DNA from: a phage
NCBI GenBank assembly: GCA_025611195.1
Contig: GCA_025611195.1_4718.1
Length of the DNA: 64,000 nucleotides
Strand: one strand, 5' to 3'
In this document: piece after piece, positions 17,938 through 28,504 of the stretch
Position numbering within the stretch: position 1 is the stretch's first letter
Layout of the letters: each line of letters begins with the position of its first letter
Position numbers and translations under genes: made by a program
The notes under the pieces: model-generated
The model's database searches: none
What the model was told of the DNA's origin: nothing
What the model saw: the letters and a program-made list of their open reading frames with translations, nothing else

Positions 17938-19250
17938 GGCTCAATAGCTCCTGCTCGTAACAGCATAATAACGAACGGTGTGAAATAATAACGGTCCAGC
18001 GGAGAAAGCAACGGTAATGCGTCAACCATCTGTTTCAGTGCTGGGTGACTGATCGCTTTCTCATCGACCATATCACGCACCATACTCTCAATGATTGTCA
18101 TTGGGGCTTGGTTGCGATAGAAAGCCTCTGTGAAAACATAGTACGGATCGTCTGCTACCGATGGAAATAACGGAACGTCGTCATACTCCATCGATGTATG
18201 ATTGGTCACCAATGGGTTTGTCGGCGGTGTGTTTTCAGGCACAGCCAACTCTTTACCTACGTCTTCACCGAGCGACGTGGTCGCAGGCCACATACAGAAT
18301 CGCGCCCCGCTAAAACGAATCCCACCTGCAGCTGGGTACTGATAGAAACGCTTTGTTGACAACAGTGTGAATTTCACCGTCAACCGCGCCTCGTCTTCCC
18401 GACGTCCGTCCATGACCCATTCAAAGACAGAAATCGCGTTCGCTTCCTGGCTATCATCTACATTAAGACGTCCGAAGTTCCATGAGGGTTTTCCTTCAAG
18501 CGACGACCATAATTTCGTAAACGCGTTAACACACCAGGGGTCGTAGGTTGCAGCATCTTGACCAGGAACAAGCAGCGTGTTTAATTCACGGCTGTAAAAT
18601 TCGTGGTAATACGCGTGACAAAGTCCCAGCGCACGACGGAGATAATCATACTTACGATTGTATTTCTCCGTTGCCATTACGGGATGTTTTCCGTGCTTTA
18701 ACTGGTCTTGGTCGTACAGTGTATCCTCAACGATTTTCGCTTCCAGTTCGATAAGCTGTTTTTCGTCAAGAATACGCTGGAAGGAAATATCGCATTCGTA
18801 AGCCGGTGCTAAGCTGATGTTCTTCGGTGTGATTCTGGTGATAGTGTACACCGCGATACGATGATCGAGACCGGAGATTAACAGCATGTTACCTAAAAGA
18901 GGAACCGATACTGCCGGAAGTATACACGTACCCTCGGATTGAAAACGTGCGGTACCGTTGTCGTACGACGGCGTCAATGACGACATTAACTTGATAGGGT
19001 AATGTCTGATACGACGGTACTGTTGTTCGGCGATATCGCGGTTAGCTTGAAAACTGCTTTGTTCATCATCACGACCGAGAATCTGTTCGTAATAATCACA
19101 TTCTACGGAATAACCGGATGCGTAATTCACCAGTCCGATTTGACTATTGTATTGCTCATCCACCACCGCAGAACGATAAACATCGTCGCGAGCCTTCGCA
19201 GGCTGTTGGGGGTTGATGATGGGTTTCGCGGGCTTCTTAGCGAGCGCCAT
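17934..19250 (-). CDS. hypothetical protein (438 aa)
   Basis: long ORF, 4-nt overlap with downstream gene. Confidence 0.7.
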   Translation of the reverse strand: MALAKKPAKPIINPQQPAKARDDVYRSAVVDEQYNSQIGLVNYASGYSVECDYYEQILGRDDEQSSFQANRDIAEQQYRRIRHYPIKLMSSLTPSYDNGTARFQSEGTCILPAVSVPLLGNMLLISGLDHRIAVYTITRITPKNISLAPAYECDISFQRILDEKQLIELEAKIVEDTLYDQDQLKHGKHPVMATEKYNRKYDYLRRALGLCHAYYHEFYSRELNTLLVPGQDAATYDPWCVNAFTKLWSSLEGKPSWNFGRLNVDDSQEANAISVFEWVMDGRREDEARLTVKFTLLSTKRFYQYPAAGGIRFSGARFCMWPATTSLGEDVGKELAVPENTPPTNPLVTNHTSMEYDDVPLFPSVADDPYYVFTEAFYRNQAPMTIIESMVRDMVDEKAISHPALKQMVDALPLLSPLDRYYFTPFVIMLLRAGAIEP

Positions 19251-20829
19251 AGCGTTTCACTCCTACGATGGTACCGACAAGAATTCTCGGTACGAATAAA
19301 CTACGATGTTTGAACCATGAAGCGGTTGTTGGGATACGTTTGATGGCTTCGATAAGCCCGATTAGCGTATAACATCCCCGGCTGTTCTTCTTAGGCCAGT
19401 ACTTTTTATCTAAACCTAATACCGCAAACAGTTCATCCACCAGATTGGGATAACAACACAACGCTTCAAGCGTCTCAACCTGTAACTGACTTAAATCTAA
19501 CAGTATCGCCAGACGAACGTGGTAATCACTCCGTAAGTCTAACTGATCTTTCGCTTCAAGATCACCAACGTCGGTTAATGTCCACGCGTCTCTTGCGTAG
19601 CGGTATTTACCCTTCCAAACCTCAAGGAAAAAAGGAGATTGGTAATGGCATTTTGACCATTCTGGGTACTCGCGGAACCACCGAACAAGATCGGGATGGA
19701 ATTCACCTTCTTCGGCTAACGCGTCCAACGTCACCAACAGGTTAGGTTGTTCAGGATCGATAGCGAGTAGCGCGGTGAAAAGCGTGCTTGATGGAAGCTC
19801 GGTCTCCACGCTCGATGGTGGCAGCCATTCATCCAAATCGGGATACCGATACGCTTGAATCGATGCACCCTGTTCCGGCAAGAACGAATCACGAAGAATG
19901 TCCTGATACTGCACCACCATACCACCACGACGTGCACGGGATTTATCACGCACCGAGAGGCTCGGTTTGTAAAGGTACTCTTCGGGGAGTATCTGTTGGT
20001 GTACTTGAACCGGATACCGTGCTACGATGTGTGTTGGTGTGTCGTACGTGTAACGGTAAGAGAATGTAGCGTTGTACGAAGAACTGTTCTCATTCTTCTC
20101 TGGCTTCGGAGCGTCAGTGAAATCAAATTGACCAGAGATCTCTTCTTGCATTTCCCTGATAACCAATTTAACGCTCTTACCGTCACCTGCGACTGTCGTC
20201 ATGGTGGTTGCACGGTTGTCGAACCCGTCTCTAAGGTATTCGCTGAACTTATCCTTGTAACCCGCTATTGCTTCTCGGTGTGTGTGAATAACTTTTAACA
20301 GCATGAGAAACTGTGTAGGGATCGCATAGCTGTATTCAGCACTGAGAAACGCGGCAACATGCTGACTTGTGAGCAAACGTTTCATGTCGTACCACCAACG
20401 TTCGGCGGTGACCTGATCCTCGAACCGTTTGGTGATCTGCATGGTCGCAACCATCGTACTGTAAACAGGTACTAGCGATACGCCAAGGTTACGGTCTTCA
20501 AATACTGGAAGACTGTTTCGTTTGTAAACGGTATCGTACATGGACGCCTGTTCTTCAGGAACAACGTTAAGCTCGATTTGGATAAACCCGTCAGCAGGCC
20601 CTTTTACATCCTGATCAACAACTTGCGGCGGTTGCTCGTTCGCAGCGCTCATTTTAGCGTGAAGAGCTTCCCCTCGAAAAAGAATATTCTCGCGATTGTA
20701 ATCCCACCCGCAAAGCTCGCTGATCTGCCGTAATACCGCGATTGCAACTGGACGTGTTACCGTCGCGTATACGTCATTGATTTTTCGATCAAGTTTAGGC
20801 ATCGATGTCATCCTCGCTAATTTCACCAT
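19237..20829 (-). CDS. hypothetical protein (530 aa)
   Basis: long ORF. Confidence 0.7.
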   Translation of the reverse strand: MVKLARMTSMPKLDRKINDVYATVTRPVAIAVLRQISELCGWDYNRENILFRGEALHAKMSAANEQPPQVVDQDVKGPADGFIQIELNVVPEEQASMYDTVYKRNSLPVFEDRNLGVSLVPVYSTMVATMQITKRFEDQVTAERWWYDMKRLLTSQHVAAFLSAEYSYAIPTQFLMLLKVIHTHREAIAGYKDKFSEYLRDGFDNRATTMTTVAGDGKSVKLVIREMQEEISGQFDFTDAPKPEKNENSSSYNATFSYRYTYDTPTHIVARYPVQVHQQILPEEYLYKPSLSVRDKSRARRGGMVVQYQDILRDSFLPEQGASIQAYRYPDLDEWLPPSSVETELPSSTLFTALLAIDPEQPNLLVTLDALAEEGEFHPDLVRWFREYPEWSKCHYQSPFFLEVWKGKYRYARDAWTLTDVGDLEAKDQLDLRSDYHVRLAILLDLSQLQVETLEALCCYPNLVDELFAVLGLDKKYWPKKNSRGCYTLIGLIEAIKRIPTTASWFKHRSLFVPRILVGTIVGVKRYGAR

Positions 20830-21178
20830 ATCCTTGTTGTCGATATCCGGTATAATGAATCAGACTGCTCTGTAGAAGCTCTTTAACGAGCCCTAGACGC
20901 GTTTTATCTGCTTCATTGGACGTTTCCATTAATGTTTCTATTTCGTTGTTTAAAACAGCGTATAGCGCTTCTAACGGCAATCCTTGGATGATTGGTTTGC
21001 TGGTGCCTTCTGGCAATGCCGCAACAGGAATCTGCACGACGGTTTCATGCGCAGTATGCGGGTTAATACGACAAATATACATACCTGGTACTGAATGTCG
21101 CGGGCACGCCGCTACCAAGCATGTCTGTTGTTGCGCACCGTTAAGTGCGAGTGGTAGAAATTTTGCTTCACGTCTCAT
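20795..21178 (-). CDS. hypothetical protein (127 aa)
   Basis: ORF at head of block, after hairpin 21229-21251. Confidence 0.5.
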   Translation of the reverse strand: MRREAKFLPLALNGAQQQTCLVAACPRHSVPGMYICRINPHTAHETVVQIPVAALPEGTSKPIIQGLPLEALYAVLNNEIETLMETSNEADKTRLGLVKELLQSSLIHYTGYRQQGYGEISEDDIDA

Positions 21179-21228
21179 CGCAGATTCCTGTTTGAAAGAT
21201 AAGATATCACATGATGGTCGACAGCATA

Positions 21229-21251
21229 AAGCCCACCCCGAAGGGCGGGCT
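21229..21251 (-). terminator. hairpin AGCCCACCCC-GAA-GGGCGGGCT downstream of the 1127-aa gene
   Basis: GC-rich inverted repeat in intergenic gap. Confidence 0.45.
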
Positions 21252-21266
21252 GTTTATGCGCACGGA

Positions 21267-24200
21267 TTACTTGTAGGCACCGCAGTGTGCTTTGATGAGG
21301 AAAAGCACCGCTTGCATCGGTTTATTGAACTGTTGCCATAACGTCAATGCCGGATGGAACAACCAATCTTCCAGGCCAAGAACAATACCGTAGTTAACGA
21401 CATTATTAACATCGTTCTCAACGTTGAGTTCGCTATCCAGGAATTTATCGATTGAACGCAGGGCCTGCATGGCGTTGTCAGCAATAAGCCACGCTTCATG
21501 CGCTTCACGAGCCGCACGGAGCAATGCTTCCAGTTCGCTGGTGCTGGCTACCGGTAACTCCTCACTGGTGAGGTCGTCAGAAACCGTAAACTGGCGATTG
21601 ATACCGGTGTAGATCCACTGCATCAGTTTCGCCGCTTCCTCGTTCGGGTTGTTACGTGTTGTCGCATAGGTCGCGCTCATCTTCACGATATGCGTTTCAC
21701 CAAGATACGCTTTGGACCCAACGCCTTTACGATCGCTGTCTTTCCACGGCTGTACGGTAGCGACCATGAGCTTATCCCATTTCTGAATAGGAATACGCTT
21801 CAGACCAACAACCGATCCGGCGGATGTTTCGGACTGGTTGCTCTTCCGCACTTCGCCGAGTTCACGATCGATAGCAACGATTAATTCACGCGTCATGTTA
21901 CCAAGCATTTTGATTTCACCCAACGCAGCGATAAGCTTCTTCACATCGGTAATCGGTTCACCACCGATGGTAAGATGACGGATGAAACGTTTCAGAATAA
22001 TCCGTTCTGCTGCTGGGTTACCGCGACGCGCTTTAGCCAACGCTTGCTGTGTTTCGGCGAACAGCTTATCCCATGGAGCCGTAGCGGCGGTATAGTAACG
22101 GTGGTTGGTTTCAATCCAGTTACCGATACGGTTGACCGCACTCTTAACGGTATCCATGAATCCTTCCATCGCAATTTCGGTAGCTTCGACGTTACCCTGG
22201 AAGTTATCAGGACCGATCTCGCGTGCCGCTACCAGAATACCTTCCACCGCACTCACCGCATGCCGACCGATAGCCAGATTTCGCTGTGCTTCTTCAGCAC
22301 GCTCAACGAATTCCACCACTGCAGGATCGTCAACGATTTCCGCCTCGACAACAACACGTGTACCCGCATCACCTTCCAATGTCTCGATAGTGACAACCGG
22401 ATCGTTTTCACCAGCAACATCCTGGTACTCTTCCTGTTTGAGTTCGCCGTTATCGGCCGCTGCGACAGCGGTGAGTATACGGACGGTAACATCACCGAGT
22501 TCTTTCGCAGCGAATCCGTAGACGGTGCATGCTGTTGTCGCAAAGTTCATCAGTGCGCGTGTGCGTTTAACGATGTAGCCAACGCCGTAGTCACTACCGT
22601 TCTTATCGAGGTCGCGGATTAACCGTTCAGCTGTCTCCTGAAGTTGTGTAGCTGCTTTCAGAAGGTCTTCGTTAAACAGTTTCGTTGACGCATCGATCAG
22701 CATATCAACGCTAACGTTAGACGGTACGGCATCATCCTGCTGTTTCATGGCGCTAAGTTCGTCGCGGAACTTACGGATACCGTCTAAAGCGGCGTCGGCA
22801 CTATGTCCGAACGCGGCCACGCCAGACATTGTTGTTGCTGTCAGCATGTCCGTATCAGCGTTTGGACTTTCGCCTTCTTTAAGATCCTTCAGCTGGTCGA
22901 AGAACTTACGGGATGCTTCAGCGATACGTTTGCTGTCTTTTACCGCGTTTACGATTTTATCGACGGATTTAGCATCGTTCGCAAGCAGCGTATCGAGTTT
23001 GTTCCATTCGACGTTGACTTTCTTTTCATCCGAAGTATTACTCGGTGGAGGAAGCAGTTTCATCACCGGTGCTGTGCGTTGTTCTTTGGTCAGCTTGTTG
23101 GCCTTCCCTTCGATTTTTTTCTTATTAACACCAAAGAGATTTTTCAAACGCGCCACGAGGGCTTTTAAGAACTTCGCGACCGCTTCGTAAACCGATTTCA
23201 GAATCTGTTTAAAGCGACCCGGCTGCTTTTCCCCGTCTTCCAGATTAAGATCGCTGTTCAGCGCGACATCAAGCTGTTTGTACGATTCCATGATGTATTC
23301 GTCTTTGATTTCAGGACGAATCTCGAAGCTTTCCATCGGACCTTCAGCCGGACGGAATTCCATTTTCAGTTCGCCTTGCAGAGTAGGGTCGACAATGGCG
23401 ATCGCTTCACCCTGACCATCAGCGTTAAAGCGTTCAGCGTAACGAGTACGACGAACAATAACACTCTTATCCCCATCAAGACGACGTACCACCATGGTGC
23501 CAGGAATGTACGGTTGTTCTGTTTCAATGACGGTAACATCTGTCTCACCTTCACCGAGAATAACCGATGCGCGCTGTTCAACAACAGGAACATCTAATAC
23601 ACCACGGGCTTCCAGCTCTTGATGAATTTCGAACGACTCTTGTTTCAGATCTTTATCTTCTTCGTTTTCGTCGTCTTCATCGTCACCTTTGGTGTTTTCA
23701 TCACCCTCGGTGGTTTTGGTGTCGGCAGCATCAGCATCGGCGTCTGCGTTGGTGGGTTCTTCGGACGCAGGTTCGGCGGTGCCGTCCTCGGTAGGCGTTT
23801 CATCAGCGTTATCGACATCAACATCGCCTTGCAGTTCTGTTTCCTGAGCAACTGCTTCGGCTTTCTGCTCGCCGGTATTACCGTCATTAGCGTCGACAGC
23901 AGGTTGTTCGTCAGCGACGGTATCTTCAACCTTTTCTACTTTCTCTACGACACGTTTAATCACAGTGACTTTGATGGGTTCTTCCGTTGTTTTGGTTTCT
24001 GGTACCGCATCGGCTACCGCAGGTGCTGTTTCAACAACAGGTTCTGCTTCTTCCGGTTCGACGACACTACCTTTAACACCCTCGGTAGTTTCCGCAGGTT
24101 GTGCTGCCTGTTCGATTTGTGTTGGGTTGGTTGGATCGATGGCGTTAGCCGCATCCTGAATCTTGTTCTTCAGGTTATCGCGGTCAGCGTTAACGGTCGG

Positions 24201-24650
24201 GTCATTGGTCACTTTCGGTGCCGGTGTTTCGGTCGGTGCGTTTGCCGGATACGGGTTCTTCGGCTCTTCACCAGGTGCGGTTGGTACCGCGATCAGAACG
24301 AACGGTTGAACATCGTTACCGTCTTCCATGGTCACGCCACCGTTGCTCGGTGTGAAACGAATTCGTAAACTACCATCGATAGGACGGGTCACAATAACAG
24401 CACGCACGACATCCTCACCGTTTTCATCCGTGCTACGAATCACACGAACGGCGTCATCAACAGTAGCCCCTTCCTCGAGCGTATCTGATTCGATCGTCGC
24501 TTCGATGCTGTCTGGCCGTGCCGCTGTAGGTAATGCGATCACTTGCTCTTCTTTATCGGTAGAAAGCGTTGCTTTGACTTCGATGGGTGTATCGCCGCTT
24601 TCCAGGTTAAGATGCGACTTACGCATCAGATCAGCTAACGATTTTTTCAT
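21267..24650 (-). CDS. very large hypothetical protein (1127 aa) with long acidic low-complexity linker, virion-protein-like
   Basis: long ORF; ~250-aa Asp/Glu/Thr/Pro-rich region (…ADADADAADTKTTEGDENTKGDDEDDENEEDKD…). Confidence 0.75.
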   Translation of the reverse strand: MKKSLADLMRKSHLNLESGDTPIEVKATLSTDKEEQVIALPTAARPDSIEATIESDTLEEGATVDDAVRVIRSTDENGEDVVRAVIVTRPIDGSLRIRFTPSNGGVTMEDGNDVQPFVLIAVPTAPGEEPKNPYPANAPTETPAPKVTNDPTVNADRDNLKNKIQDAANAIDPTNPTQIEQAAQPAETTEGVKGSVVEPEEAEPVVETAPAVADAVPETKTTEEPIKVTVIKRVVEKVEKVEDTVADEQPAVDANDGNTGEQKAEAVAQETELQGDVDVDNADETPTEDGTAEPASEEPTNADADADAADTKTTEGDENTKGDDEDDENEEDKDLKQESFEIHQELEARGVLDVPVVEQRASVILGEGETDVTVIETEQPYIPGTMVVRRLDGDKSVIVRRTRYAERFNADGQGEAIAIVDPTLQGELKMEFRPAEGPMESFEIRPEIKDEYIMESYKQLDVALNSDLNLEDGEKQPGRFKQILKSVYEAVAKFLKALVARLKNLFGVNKKKIEGKANKLTKEQRTAPVMKLLPPPSNTSDEKKVNVEWNKLDTLLANDAKSVDKIVNAVKDSKRIAEASRKFFDQLKDLKEGESPNADTDMLTATTMSGVAAFGHSADAALDGIRKFRDELSAMKQQDDAVPSNVSVDMLIDASTKLFNEDLLKAATQLQETAERLIRDLDKNGSDYGVGYIVKRTRALMNFATTACTVYGFAAKELGDVTVRILTAVAAADNGELKQEEYQDVAGENDPVVTIETLEGDAGTRVVVEAEIVDDPAVVEFVERAEEAQRNLAIGRHAVSAVEGILVAAREIGPDNFQGNVEATEIAMEGFMDTVKSAVNRIGNWIETNHRYYTAATAPWDKLFAETQQALAKARRGNPAAERIILKRFIRHLTIGGEPITDVKKLIAALGEIKMLGNMTRELIVAIDRELGEVRKSNQSETSAGSVVGLKRIPIQKWDKLMVATVQPWKDSDRKGVGSKAYLGETHIVKMSATYATTRNNPNEEAAKLMQWIYTGINRQFTVSDDLTSEELPVASTSELEALLRAAREAHEAWLIADNAMQALRSIDKFLDSELNVENDVNNVVNYGIVLGLEDWLFHPALTLWQQFNKPMQAVLFLIKAHCGAYK

Positions 24651-24665
24651 AAAGCGTTATTCCTC

Positions 24666-25772
24666 TTAAAAGTAATATTTCAGCGCCTCGCGAGAGACCT
24701 CAAGCATAGCCGCCGTTGAATTCGTAAAGAACTCGGCATAGCCCACAAGCGGCACCTTGATCCACGCGGTATACGCTGTAAGGTATCGAGAAAGGGCTAC
24801 CATAGCATCATCAGAAGCAGTAGTAACTGACAACTGACCTTGTTGACGATAAACGTCGTTAAGTTTTGCTTGTAGATTCCCTGCAATTTCGAGTAACTCA
24901 CTGGCGTACTTTTTACGATGGTAACTAACCAGTAAATCAACACCCGTATTCACAGACTCGAGCAGAATACCAACTTGTTCTAATGTTGGCATTGTAACCA
25001 CCATATCCCGTTCAACGGACGGTACGTCCTGGACTTCAAACCGTGCGGATTGAATGGCGAGGGACTGTTGAATTGATCCGGAACCTGAGGCGGTAACCTG
25101 ATCGAGTCGCAGCATACGGTTGCCCAGTAACGTTACGTTGACGAGTCTCGATTCGTTCAGCGTACTGTAGACTTTATGCAATAACGTATACGCATCGCGA
25201 TTAATCACATCGATTAATGCGGTATCCGTCTGTTTTAAGATAATGTCGAGCGCTCTATCTAACGTATTAGCGAACTGCTTGAAATCATCACGGAACGACG
25301 AAGACAAGAGATATTCAGCGATTGCCAAATTCTGTTTGTATAATGTATTCCCGGTCGTGAAATCGAACCCAAAACTGTTCCCATACCGTAGATGTGGTGC
25401 CAGCATTGTCGAAGCTTCGAAGCTTTGCGCGATGGGTTTACGACCAACGGCTTTTGTGTAGTGGCGACGGATGTTACTGAGTTCGAGTTGTAGTGCGCGA
25501 CTACGATCGATAAACCGTGCGATAAACGCAGTAATGTTCCGCAACGTTGTCCAGATTGCATCGATGATGGCTTTGATGATTTTCATCGCAAGCTGATTGT
25601 ACGATTCCATCGTGAGGAGATCAGCACTTTCTGTGGTATAGCTGGTCGGCAGCATACCGCCCGCTTGTTGATAAATAAGCTGGTGAATTTGTCGTTGCGT
25701 TGCTGTCTCTGGCACAGGTAATGTCTTTAACAAGCTTAACGCTTGAATCTGTCCATCATAGGTCTGCAGCAT
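24666..25772 (-). CDS. hypothetical protein (~369 aa), member of E-[SG]-[FY] paralog family
   Basis: start moved to ATG 25772 with GAGGA SD; motif LTMESYNQLAMKIIKAIIDAIW. Confidence 0.65.
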   Translation of the reverse strand: MLQTYDGQIQALSLLKTLPVPETATQRQIHQLIYQQAGGMLPTSYTTESADLLTMESYNQLAMKIIKAIIDAIWTTLRNITAFIARFIDRSRALQLELSNIRRHYTKAVGRKPIAQSFEASTMLAPHLRYGNSFGFDFTTGNTLYKQNLAIAEYLLSSSFRDDFKQFANTLDRALDIILKQTDTALIDVINRDAYTLLHKVYSTLNESRLVNVTLLGNRMLRLDQVTASGSGSIQQSLAIQSARFEVQDVPSVERDMVVTMPTLEQVGILLESVNTGVDLLVSYHRKKYASELLEIAGNLQAKLNDVYRQQGQLSVTTASDDAMVALSRYLTAYTAWIKVPLVGYAEFFTNSTAAMLEVSREALKYYF

Positions 25773-27057
25773 TGCCGGTTTCCTCAAGTTCGAGATGTGC
25801 ATCAAGATAATCATTAAGACCGTCGATGACGTCACAGACAGTTAACAGGAATCGGGCAAAAGCGACCGCCTGGAAACCGACGACGTTACGCGCGATACCC
25901 ACACGCTGAACGATAGCGGATGAAGCGGTATCGTTGTTGTCCATCTGTTGTAGCAAACGTTCATAAGGCTGAATCCATTCGTCCTGGTCGGCAAGGCTTG
26001 CTTCAAGACACCGTTTAAATTCCAACTGTCGTAGCGTAGACCATAACGTACTTAATGCGTTGATAATCGCGTTGGTTCCGTCGATAACATCGTTCAACGG
26101 CAAGAAACGGAATCCGTCTTTTGCTGATTGGAAAGATACGGCTTCCCACACAACGCTGAATTGCGTTCCTGTTGCGTCTTCGATGTCGTGTACTTTAAGA
26201 TAGGAAGCACCAACAGGTACGTCAACGACGATATCGTCTGTTCCGGTAGGCTTTAACGGCTTCTCGCATAACGCATCGTTGATGGCCTCGAGAATATTCT
26301 CCCAACAGGCTTCGTTTTCTGCAGCGATACCTTCTTTGTTATCCGCTGATGGTGCTTTTAGTAGCTGCATTAATAACGGATCGAGTTGACGATGCCATGC
26401 TGCGAGGATCCCTGTGTTCGTTACGATGTTTTCTGCGGTTTGCCGTAAATCAGCAATACTGCTTACCGCACCGCCTTTCGGATGAAGATATCGCCAGTTG
26501 TAGGGAAAGTTCTCCCAGAATGCGTTATCTTCATTAACATCGTATTCGGAAATAGTTTTCAACGCAGCCGCTTTCTTTAATAACGGCTTCACCTGACGAA
26601 CGAATCGACGATAACAACGATTACAGATATCGATCGCGTAGCGGTATAACTCGTTCATGTAAAGCCATAATGCACGGGTTGCTTCTTTTGAGGTCTTGTC
26701 AAAACTTTCCATGTTCAAGCTCATCCCGCTGGAAGTTTCCTCTTCCAGACCCTCGATGATTTGGTTTGGGTCCATTCCCATTCCGGCTGCTGCGGTTGTT
26801 GCGATATGTTTGATCGTGCTGATATCGCGTTCTTCAACTTCAGTCATGTTTGGGACAATATCCAGCCGGAGTTTATTTAATGTTTGAAGGTGTTGTTCAC
26901 CTTCTTTCATCACCGTGTTTGTTTCGTCGATTGAGTGAAACTGATTCTCAATATTACTGGCATCGAGAATATTGCCAGCGATACCGAACGATTCTACAGG
27001 TTCATCATCAATCCCTTGAAACAACGATGTCATGGGTTGTTGTAACACGTTTTCCAT
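25756..27057 (-). CDS. hypothetical protein (433 aa), member of E-[SG]-[FY] paralog family
   Basis: motif LNMESFDKTSKEATRALWLY; same architecture as neighbours. Confidence 0.7.
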   Translation of the reverse strand: MENVLQQPMTSLFQGIDDEPVESFGIAGNILDASNIENQFHSIDETNTVMKEGEQHLQTLNKLRLDIVPNMTEVEERDISTIKHIATTAAAGMGMDPNQIIEGLEEETSSGMSLNMESFDKTSKEATRALWLYMNELYRYAIDICNRCYRRFVRQVKPLLKKAAALKTISEYDVNEDNAFWENFPYNWRYLHPKGGAVSSIADLRQTAENIVTNTGILAAWHRQLDPLLMQLLKAPSADNKEGIAAENEACWENILEAINDALCEKPLKPTGTDDIVVDVPVGASYLKVHDIEDATGTQFSVVWEAVSFQSAKDGFRFLPLNDVIDGTNAIINALSTLWSTLRQLEFKRCLEASLADQDEWIQPYERLLQQMDNNDTASSAIVQRVGIARNVVGFQAVAFARFLLTVCDVIDGLNDYLDAHLELEETGNAADL

Positions 27058-27163
27058 TTGGGACTCCTACGTAGGAAAATCTTGGCGGGTGATCATGTCC
27101 GCCATTTACCTTCTGAACCGTTGATTCAGAAGTCAAAAGATAACCGGATACCAACGCCATAAA

Positions 27164-27195
27164 CCTTCCTCCAACCCAACAGGGAAGGAGGAAGG
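27164..27195 (-). terminator. palindromic hairpin element CCTTCCTCC-AACCC-AACA-GGGAA-GGAGGAAGG
   Basis: inverted repeat directly after stop of 27206-28495. Confidence 0.55.
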
Positions 27196-27205
27196 GATAT
27201 AGTGG

Positions 27206-28495
27206 TTATGCTTTTTCGGTCACGGCGTTAAAGTATTTCGCTGCAGCAAATACGGCATCCGCATATTGACGTATCGAAGCGCGAAGAATCTTGGTTGACA
27301 GTACCGTACTTAAACGCGCCATTTCAGAAACCGCGCCTACATAAGGACGGATGGTTTCACGATCGGCTTCAGGCAACTTGTCGAGCATATCACCCCACTT
27401 CGTTTTGATTTTCATACCGTTGAGTTTAGCGGTACGCTCCACAGAACCAGCCAAAGCTTCAACCATGTGAAAATAAGAGGGGTCGATCGTACGGAACACG
27501 TTAAGATAGGAAGTTAACGCACCCTTCAGTTCGTTATCGTCTTTGAAAATGTTTGCGTTCTCTATCTCACCGGCCACCGTCATCTCGGCTTCAACCCGAA
27601 TATTTTTCACCAACGTATAGGCTTTAATCGCGTCACGTTCGTTTTCAACAGCATCGAGACCTTGAATAACGAATTCCTTCCCACCGCTCTCTGGAAAAAC
27701 AACTTTATTCAGCGCGGATTTGATCGCCAGCAGGTATTTGTCTAAGATAGACGGAAGTAGAGTTAGGTCGGTGAGGTCTGCGACCTTTTTATTGATATCA
27801 GCTACTTGCTTAAACAGTGAATCTACCCCGCTTGCGCTTGCAGCGAGTTGTTCGATATGCTTGCTTGCAAACATGGCATTCGCTGACTTCGCGTTAGGGA
27901 ACATATTGACCATATTTTCAGTGGGTTTATCCAGTTGTTTGATATGGCGTTCACCTTTATTCACGGCGGTTGCGATGCCGACAATTTTGTTGTATGCGAT
28001 GACCAGGTTCTTGAACAGCATCTGGAGCAGTTTGAACAGCTGCTCAGCGATATTTGCAATGATTACCCAGACAGCATATAACGCTTGTGCTGCGCGTTCT
28101 TTAAAGCCTTCCAATACAATAGCTTGCCCTTCCACTAACTTATCATTAGCCTGGAACATGTCTTCATCGGACATCCCCAGGTTAGCCGCTGATGTCGAAG
28201 CGATCTGACGGATAAGTGCGACGTCGCTCGCACGTGCTTCCAAGATCGTTGGTGCGATCATGTATGCTGTATCTTCCAGCGTTGCTGAGGTACGCACTGC
28301 AATTTCAGCCAGTTCGCTGGATTCATCGATTGTCTCGTCGGTACGTTGAATCACCAACTCAACTTCACCCTCTTCAATTTCTGCGTTAGGATCGTGCTGC
28401 TCCGCCGGAATCGTCGCGAGAAGATCTTCGGCGCTCAATAGAGAGAGTTCGAATGCGTTTTTATTGACGTTATCAAAAAGAGAAATACGTGCCAT
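27206..28495 (-). CDS. hypothetical protein (429 aa), member of paralog family
   Basis: shares ...DVALIRQI...LEGFKERAAQALYAVWVII with 28505-29821 (...DVALVRNV...VEGFKDTVVKAMKKIWDII). Confidence 0.7.
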   Translation of the reverse strand: MARISLFDNVNKNAFELSLLSAEDLLATIPAEQHDPNAEIEEGEVELVIQRTDETIDESSELAEIAVRTSATLEDTAYMIAPTILEARASDVALIRQIASTSAANLGMSDEDMFQANDKLVEGQAIVLEGFKERAAQALYAVWVIIANIAEQLFKLLQMLFKNLVIAYNKIVGIATAVNKGERHIKQLDKPTENMVNMFPNAKSANAMFASKHIEQLAASASGVDSLFKQVADINKKVADLTDLTLLPSILDKYLLAIKSALNKVVFPESGGKEFVIQGLDAVENERDAIKAYTLVKNIRVEAEMTVAGEIENANIFKDDNELKGALTSYLNVFRTIDPSYFHMVEALAGSVERTAKLNGMKIKTKWGDMLDKLPEADRETIRPYVGAVSEMARLSTVLSTKILRASIRQYADAVFAAAKYFNAVTEKA

Positions 28496-28504
28496 GTTAG
28501 TTCC

